This document shows, in pieces, positions 58,765 through 64,000 of a DNA stretch of 64,000 nucleotides (the first letter of the stretch is position 1; each line of letters starts with the position of its first letter). The translations under genes and the position numbers were made by a program. The notes under the pieces were generated by a model, which was not told the origin of the DNA, did no database searches, and worked only from the letters and a program-made list of their open reading frames with translations. Origin of the DNA: a bacterium (GTDB lineage: Bacteria > UBA8248); the NCBI GenBank assembly GCA_965218885.1, contig OZ244713.1:2104638-2168637 (forward strand), read 5' to 3'.

Positions 58765-60438
58765 TCAGTTCTCCAGGCGTTCGTATTCGATGTGGGCGTC
58801 GATTAAATACGGTTTGCCGCTCGCCAGTCCTTTGCTCATGGCCTCTTTGAGTTCCGCAGGCGTTTTCGCCCGGATGGCGTCCACGCCCATGGAACGGGCC
58901 ATCTGAATGAAATCGAGTTCGGGCTCCTTGAAATCCATGGCGACGAATTGCCGGTGTTCCTGCGTTTTGCCGTCGAGCCTCAAGACTCTCTCTTTGAGAA
59001 TCCGGTAGCTTTTGTTGTTCAGAATCACGAATACGGCGTCCAGACCGTATTTCGCGGCGCTCCAGAGCGCCTGAATGCCGTACATGGCGGAGCCGTCTCC
59101 CGACAGGCAGACAACGGGCGTATCGGGCAGGGCTTTTTTCACCCCGAGCGCGCTGGGAAGGCCCAGGCCGATGCCGCCTCCCTTCATTCCGAAGATGGAA
59201 TCTATCTTGCCGGCGACCGCGCTTTTGAGGCCTCCCCCGTGTCCCATGGTGAGGGATTCATCCACCAGCGCCGTCCCTTGAGGCAGGGCTTCCCCGAATG
59301 CGGCCTGAAAGGACTCTTTCGTCAAGGGGCCTCCATCGTCGCCTGCTTTTGGGGCAATCTCTTTTCTCGCGGCCGCCAGTTCTTTCTCGATCCACGCGCG
59401 GCGCTCGCTTGCGCTTTGAAGGCCCGGTTCGCCCAGTTTCTTCTCCACCTCCCCGGTGAGTTCGACGAGCGTGGCCTTGGGGTCTCCCAGCATGGCGACA
59501 TCGACGGGGAAGTTCTTGCCGATCTCCCAGGGGTCCAGGTCCAGATGAATGATTCGAGCACCGCGCGGAGCCAGCGGAATTTCCGGCGGGAAGGAGAAGG
59601 TGTAGGTTTCGGTGCCGATGAAGAACACGACGTCCGCGTCTTCGATCTGATCCAGAAGCGGCCCGATCGTGTTCAGGAGTTCTCCCGCATACAGGGGATG
59701 GGTGAGGGAGAACGAAAGAGAGTTCGGGCGGTTGTCGGAAAACACTTTCGCACCGATGCGCTCCGCCAGCCGGGCGACTTCGCCCACCGCGCCCGAGCGG
59801 GTGACGCGCGAGCCGGTGACGATGTATGGATTCTCCGCTTCGGCGAGCATCTGCGCCGCGCGATCGATGGATTCAGAAGATGCGGGAAAGGCGCTCGAAA
59901 GCCGCGTGGGACGGCCTGTAGGGCCTCCCGTCTCGGCGAGCATGACGTCCCCAGGCAATGAGAGAAAAACCGGACCCGTAGGGGGTGTGAGCGCGTATTT
60001 GATCGCCCGGCGTACGCTTTGCTCCAAATCCTCCACCCTGCGCACTTCATAGGACCATTTGGTGAGCGGCTCCGCCATGCGCGGCAAATTATCCCAGAGC
60101 ACGGGTTCTGAGAGTTGGCCGCGCTGGCCCTGGTTGCCCGCCGTGACGATAAGTGGAGTGCCGGCCCGCTTGATGTTGTACAGCATGCCCATCGCGTTGC
60201 CGAGACCCGGTGCTACGTGGAGATTGACCACTCCCACGCCGTCCGTGGCGTATGCGTAGCCCTCGGCCGCGCCGATGGTGACGGATTCCTGAAGGCAGAG
60301 GATGTAATCGAGCCTGCTCTCGTTCACCAGCGCGTCCATGAGAGGCAGTTCGGTGGTGCCCGGGTTGCCGAACATGCAGCGGACACCCTCGTCGATGAGT
60401 GTTTCCAAAAACAGGTCCGAGCCGTTTCCGCTATTCAT
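58765..60438 (-). CDS. Thiamine-diphosphate-dependent enzyme (benzoylformate decarboxylase/acetolactate synthase-like).
   Basis: N-terminal TPP Pyr domain (GNPGTTELPLMDA...), a central domain and a GDGS...NN TPP-binding motif (CLSGDGSAMYGIQALWSAAKYGLDAVFVILNNKSY). Confidence 0.75.
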   Translation of the reverse strand: MNSGNGSDLFLETLIDEGVRCMFGNPGTTELPLMDALVNESRLDYILCLQESVTIGAAEGYAYATDGVGVVNLHVAPGLGNAMGMLYNIKRAGTPLIVTAGNQGQRGQLSEPVLWDNLPRMAEPLTKWSYEVRRVEDLEQSVRRAIKYALTPPTGPVFLSLPGDVMLAETGGPTGRPTRLSSAFPASSESIDRAAQMLAEAENPYIVTGSRVTRSGAVGEVARLAERIGAKVFSDNRPNSLSFSLTHPLYAGELLNTIGPLLDQIEDADVVFFIGTETYTFSFPPEIPLAPRGARIIHLDLDPWEIGKNFPVDVAMLGDPKATLVELTGEVEKKLGEPGLQSASERRAWIEKELAAARKEIAPKAGDDGGPLTKESFQAAFGEALPQGTALVDESLTMGHGGGLKSAVAGKIDSIFGMKGGGIGLGLPSALGVKKALPDTPVVCLSGDGSAMYGIQALWSAAKYGLDAVFVILNNKSYRILKERVLRLDGKTQEHRQFVAMDFKEPELDFIQMARSMGVDAIRAKTPAELKEAMSKGLASGKPYLIDAHIEYERLEN

Positions 60439-60468
60439 GCGCTCTCCCTCACGAGAATTTTTTTAGAC

Positions 60469-61644
60469 TTAGAAGATGGATGCTGCCTCATCTTGACTTA
60501 AAACGAAGTTCGACGCCATTTGCAGGCACTTCTCCGTGCTGGGCGGCATCACCAGCGCGGCCCTGGCGTCGCGATGAAACCGCTGGAGCGGCTTGTCGTT
60601 CAGCAGGCCGGGGCCGCCCGCGATTTTCAGGGCCTTTTCCGTCATGGAAGCCGCCGCTTCGGAAGCGGTGTATTTCGCCTCGTTGATGAAGGGAATTGCT
60701 TTGGCCGCGCCCTGGGTCTCCAGCACCCAGGCGGCTTTCTGGATCATGATGAGCGCGGTTTCCAAGGCGATTTTCATTTCGCCGATCTGGCGCTGAATCG
60801 CAGGATAGCTCGCGATGGGCAGGTTATCGGGCAACAGCTTGCGCTTGAGCGCGTAGTCCACAATCCAGTCCATGGCGGCGGCGCCCGCGCCCAGATAAAC
60901 GGCGGCGTAGCCCAGGCCGAACCTGGGCACGAAATCGGGTTGGAGGATGTCCTCGCCCGTGCCCACGATGTTGCGCGCCGGGACCCTCACGTTCTCATAG
61001 GCGAGGGAGTGGCTGGCCGTGCCCCGCATGGCGAAGGCGTCCCAGCGGCTGGGGATACTGATGCCCTCTGAGTTTTTATCCAGCACCGCCCAGCGCAGGC
61101 CGAGCTTAAGCTCCTCGACCCCCTCGAGCAGACACCAGAGCACGTAATAATCCGCCTCCCCGGCCATGGAGCAAAAATGCTTTTTGCCGTTGATGACATA
61201 TTCATCGCCCTCTCTGCGCGCGCGCGTAGAGATAGTGCGGTTCCACTGGGGGCTGGAACTCGCCTCGCCCGCGTGGCTGCCGAAGATGGCCCCGTTTTGG
61301 GCCGCCTCGGCGAAGCGGTGCTTTTGCTCTTCATCCGAGAGTGTGAGGAGAAAGTATAGAATCGAACTGTGCATGTGCAGCGTCATGGCGGTGTTCGCGC
61401 AGCCCTTGCCCAGTTCGTGGAACACCATGGCGTAGCAGACGGGGTCGCGCCAGAGCGCTTGCCCGCCATAGGATTCAGGCAGCGTGAGGCGCGTGAAGCC
61501 CTCCCGGATCAAGGCGTCGAAACTCTCTCTCGGGAAGCGTTGTTCCTGGTCGCAGCGATCCGCGTGCGTGGCCAGCACGTTTCTGGCGAGTTCCCTGGCT
61601 TGCGTGATCAAAGCATCGTTTTTCGGGTTTAGGCGAAGGTCCAT
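60469..61644 (-). CDS. Acyl-CoA dehydrogenase.
   Basis: 391 aa with the ACAD N/M/C domain pattern. It is a paralog of the partial gene at 63272+. Confidence 0.75.
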   Translation of the reverse strand: MDLRLNPKNDALITQARELARNVLATHADRCDQEQRFPRESFDALIREGFTRLTLPESYGGQALWRDPVCYAMVFHELGKGCANTAMTLHMHSSILYFLLTLSDEEQKHRFAEAAQNGAIFGSHAGEASSSPQWNRTISTRARREGDEYVINGKKHFCSMAGEADYYVLWCLLEGVEELKLGLRWAVLDKNSEGISIPSRWDAFAMRGTASHSLAYENVRVPARNIVGTGEDILQPDFVPRFGLGYAAVYLGAGAAAMDWIVDYALKRKLLPDNLPIASYPAIQRQIGEMKIALETALIMIQKAAWVLETQGAAKAIPFINEAKYTASEAAASMTEKALKIAGGPGLLNDKPLQRFHRDARAALVMPPSTEKCLQMASNFVLSQDEAASIF

Positions 61645-61676
61645 GAATTCTCGTTGAAGCGCTCGAAAATGATTCT

Positions 61677-63251
61677 TTACGCTTGTTCTTTAAGCAATCG
61701 GCGCAATATTTTCCCGCTGCCCGATTTCGGGATGGCGTCGGTGAAGGCCACCGCGCGAATGTGTTTATAGCCCGCTATTTTTTCGTTCACGAAATCCATC
61801 AAGGCTTCTTCGTCGATTTGGGTGCCTTCTTTGGGAACAACGAAGGCCATGGGTATCTCGCCCGCCTCGGGGTCCGCCCGGGGGACGACGGCCGCGTCCG
61901 CAACGTCGGGGTGTAAGTGCAGGCAGGCTTCCAGTTCGGCGGGCGCAACGGCGAAGCCCTTGTATTTGATCATCTCCTTTTTCCTGTCCATCAGATAGAC
62001 GTAGCCCTGCTCGTCCACCCGCCCGATGTCGCCCGTATAAAGCCAGCCGTCGCGCAGCGCTTCGGCCGTGGCTTCGGGCGCGTTCCAGTAGCCTTTCATG
62101 ATGTGCGGGCCCCTGATTATCAGCTCGCCCGCCTCGCCCACGGGCAATTCCGTTTTTCCGGTTTCCACGTCGACGATTTTTTGCTCCTGATCGGAGACGG
62201 GAGGCCCCACGGACTCCTCCCGGATGAGCGCCTCCACGGGAGGGTTCAGGTGCGTGAGGGGCGAGGCTTCGGTGAGGCCGTAGGCCATAAAGGTGAGCAC
62301 GCCCGTTCTCTCCTGTACGACCCGCCTCACCTCGGGCGGAAGGGGCGCCGCCCCGCTCATGATGTACCTGAGGGAGGAGAGGTCGTATTCGCCCAGGTTT
62401 TCATGGTGCGCGATGGCCAAGAGCGCGGGCGGCACGCCATAGAAGAGCGTGAGCTTGTGCTCTTGCACGAGGCGCAGGGCGTCATCCACCGTGAATCGCT
62501 TCATCAGCACCTGGGTGGCGCCGGCGAGAATCAACCCGCCCATGATCAGCGCCCCGTATATGTGATAAAGGGGGAGAAACAAGAGACCCGCATCCTGGTC
62601 CGTGATTTGATGATTCGCCACGCACTGGTGGTAGTTCGATACCAGATTTCTGTGGGTCAGCATCACTCCCTTGGGAAGACCCGTGGTGCCGCTCGAATAG
62701 GGCAGGGCGATTAAATCTTGGGCAAAGTCGATTTGAGGCTCGGGCAAGCTCTCCGGCGAGTGCGCGCTTATCCAGTCCTCGAAAAGTATATGTTCTCCTG
62801 CGGCGTCATCCGTGACGATGATGGTCTCGAGCGTCGGGAGTTCTTTTTGCACTTCTCGAACCACGGCGGCTCCCTCCGCCGTAGTGATCAGAATCTTCGC
62901 GCCCGAATCGTTGAGCTGATACGCAGCCTCGGCTTCTTTGTACGCGGGGTTCATCGGCGTGAAGACGGCGCCTATCTTCGATGCGCCGAAAGCGGCGATC
63001 TCGAATTCGGCCGAATTGGGCAGGAACAGGCCGACGCGATCCCCGATTCCCACGCCCTCGGTGAGCATGGCGCGGGCGCAGGCGTTCGAGAGTACGTCGA
63101 GTTCCCGGAAACTCATGCGGATATCCCCATCCACCAGGGCGATGGCGTCCGGGCGACGCGCGCACGCCGTTTTGAGCAGGCCGTGAAACGCGTAATCGGG
63201 ATATTCCAGTGGCGGACGGAAATAAGGAGGAAGACGGACGCTTTCATTCAT
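61677..63251 (-). CDS. AMP-dependent synthetase/ligase (acyl- or aryl-CoA ligase).
   Basis: AMP-binding motif LPYSSGTTGLPKGVMLTHRNL, YGLTE, and a C-terminal GKI lysine motif. Confidence 0.8.
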   Translation of the reverse strand: MNESVRLPPYFRPPLEYPDYAFHGLLKTACARRPDAIALVDGDIRMSFRELDVLSNACARAMLTEGVGIGDRVGLFLPNSAEFEIAAFGASKIGAVFTPMNPAYKEAEAAYQLNDSGAKILITTAEGAAVVREVQKELPTLETIIVTDDAAGEHILFEDWISAHSPESLPEPQIDFAQDLIALPYSSGTTGLPKGVMLTHRNLVSNYHQCVANHQITDQDAGLLFLPLYHIYGALIMGGLILAGATQVLMKRFTVDDALRLVQEHKLTLFYGVPPALLAIAHHENLGEYDLSSLRYIMSGAAPLPPEVRRVVQERTGVLTFMAYGLTEASPLTHLNPPVEALIREESVGPPVSDQEQKIVDVETGKTELPVGEAGELIIRGPHIMKGYWNAPEATAEALRDGWLYTGDIGRVDEQGYVYLMDRKKEMIKYKGFAVAPAELEACLHLHPDVADAAVVPRADPEAGEIPMAFVVPKEGTQIDEEALMDFVNEKIAGYKHIRAVAFTDAIPKSGSGKILRRLLKEQA

Positions 63252-63271
63252 CGGCGATGGTCCTCCATTGG

Positions 63272-64000
63272 TTATGAGCCCAGCACGTTCGCGCTGCCCT
63301 CCAGCACGGTTTTGGCGGTGAGTTCCAGGCACTTTTCCGTGTTGGGCGGCATAATGAGTCCGGCTCTCGCCTCGCGGTGAAAGCGCTGGAGCGGATTATG
63401 CCGGAACAGCCCCGGGCCGCCGGCCACCTTGAGCGCTTTTTCCGTGATGAAGGCGGAGGCTTCCGCGCAAACGTATTTCGCCTCGTTGATGGCGCCATAC
63501 GCTTTGTCTGCTCCTTGGGCGTTGATCATCCACCCCGCTCTCAGGAGCATGAGAATCGCGCCCTCGAGCGCAATTTTCATCTCCCCTATCTGGCGCTGTA
63601 TGGCGTGATATGAAGCGATGGGCACGTTGTCGGGCATGAGCTTTCGGGTTTGCGCGTAGTTGACCACCCAGTCGAAGGCGCCTCCGCCCGCGCCCAGGTA
63701 GACGGCGGAGTAGCCGAAGCCGAACTTGGGCAGAACGTCCGGGCGTATCGGGTCTCCGCCACGGCCCACCAGATCCTCCACCGGTATTTGCACGTCGTCG
63801 TATATCATCGAGTGGCTCATCGTTCCGCGCATGGCGAAGGAGTTCCACTCCTGATCTATCTTGAAGCCGGGGTTGTCCGAGGGCGCGATGAGGAGCCCTA
63901 AGCTTTTCGTGAGGTCTTCCTCGTCTTCAAGCTGTACCCAAAGCACGTAGTAGTCCGCCTCTCCGGCCATGGAGCAAAAGTATTTTCTGCCGTTGATCCT
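63272..64000 (-). CDS. Acyl-CoA dehydrogenase. Partial: the N-terminal part lies beyond the window end.
   Basis: The C-terminal ACAD domains are paralogous to 60469-61644. The ORF runs off the window. Confidence 0.7.
   Translation of the reverse strand, partial: RINGRKYFCSMAGEADYYVLWVQLEDEEDLTKSLGLLIAPSDNPGFKIDQEWNSFAMRGTMSHSMIYDDVQIPVEDLVGRGGDPIRPDVLPKFGFGYSAVYLGAGGGAFDWVVNYAQTRKLMPDNVPIASYHAIQRQIGEMKIALEGAILMLLRAGWMINAQGADKAYGAINEAKYVCAEASAFITEKALKVAGGPGLFRHNPLQRFHREARAGLIMPPNTEKCLELTAKTVLEGSANVLGS

Overview
This is a high-GC (~60-65%) bacterial chromosomal window carrying a mosaic of accessory and metabolic loci. The gene content and a candidate in-frame UGA in an OsmC-like gene are compatible with a Sec-utilising Deltaproteobacteria-like or related MAG lineage, but I cannot verify the lineage. 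Reading left to right, the main regions are:
(1) An IS1595-family transposase whose reading frame is shifted, followed by a ~1.5 kb AT-rich two-gene cassette (a small unknown protein plus a standalone HslV/proteasome-like Ntn threonine peptidase). The cassette abuts a 5'-truncated nuoN remnant and about 1 kb of gene-free DNA with AT-rich direct repeats.
(2) A HAD hydrolase, a PurM/HypE-like protein, tRNA-Phe, and an OsmC-like gene split by a single in-frame TGA with a hairpin just downstream. This is a candidate selenoprotein.
(3) A messy duplicated region. A ~1.44 kb block (a DinB-like 5' part, a degenerate MetE-like pseudogene and the 3' end of a PrpB-like gene) occurs twice, and the first copy is fused through an internal deletion to the 5' part of prpD. 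Embedded in it are an FGE-domain fragment and a secreted caspase-like (C14) protein with a peptidoglycan-binding domain.
(4) An intact PrpB-like/PrpD(MmgE) pair, an Fe3+/polyamine-type ABC importer, an HMGL-like DRE-TIM protein and two paralogous hydantoinase/oxoprolinase HyuB-HyuA pairs (a candidate ATP-dependent carboxylase or lactamase locus).
(5) A low-GC HExxH lipoprotein metalloprotease flanked by a repeated ~30 nt motif that also occurs in the duplicated region.
(6) A divergent periplasmic Nap-like module: a diheme cytochrome c, a NapA-like Tat molybdoenzyme, a NapG-like protein, a NapH-like protein with a FixH/CcoG-like C-terminal extension, and a second NapG-like protein. It is followed by an orphan XDH-family Mo subunit.
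(7) A tandem array of MMPL/RND (COG1033-type) exporter genes with partner LolA-like and beta-barrel genes. The array is riddled with recombination scars: the MMPL 3' end plus a UTR element recur four times, there are livF 3'-end remnants, and a cytochrome P450 C-terminal fragment is fused to one MMPL remnant.
(8) A livHMKGF branched-chain amino-acid ABC transporter, an amidohydrolase-YlbE(DUF1116) operon, a BFD-like TPP enzyme, two acyl-CoA dehydrogenases and an acyl-CoA synthetase.
No rRNA genes or CRISPR arrays were seen. Many long ORFs in the supplied track are antisense artefacts of the high GC content and were not called.
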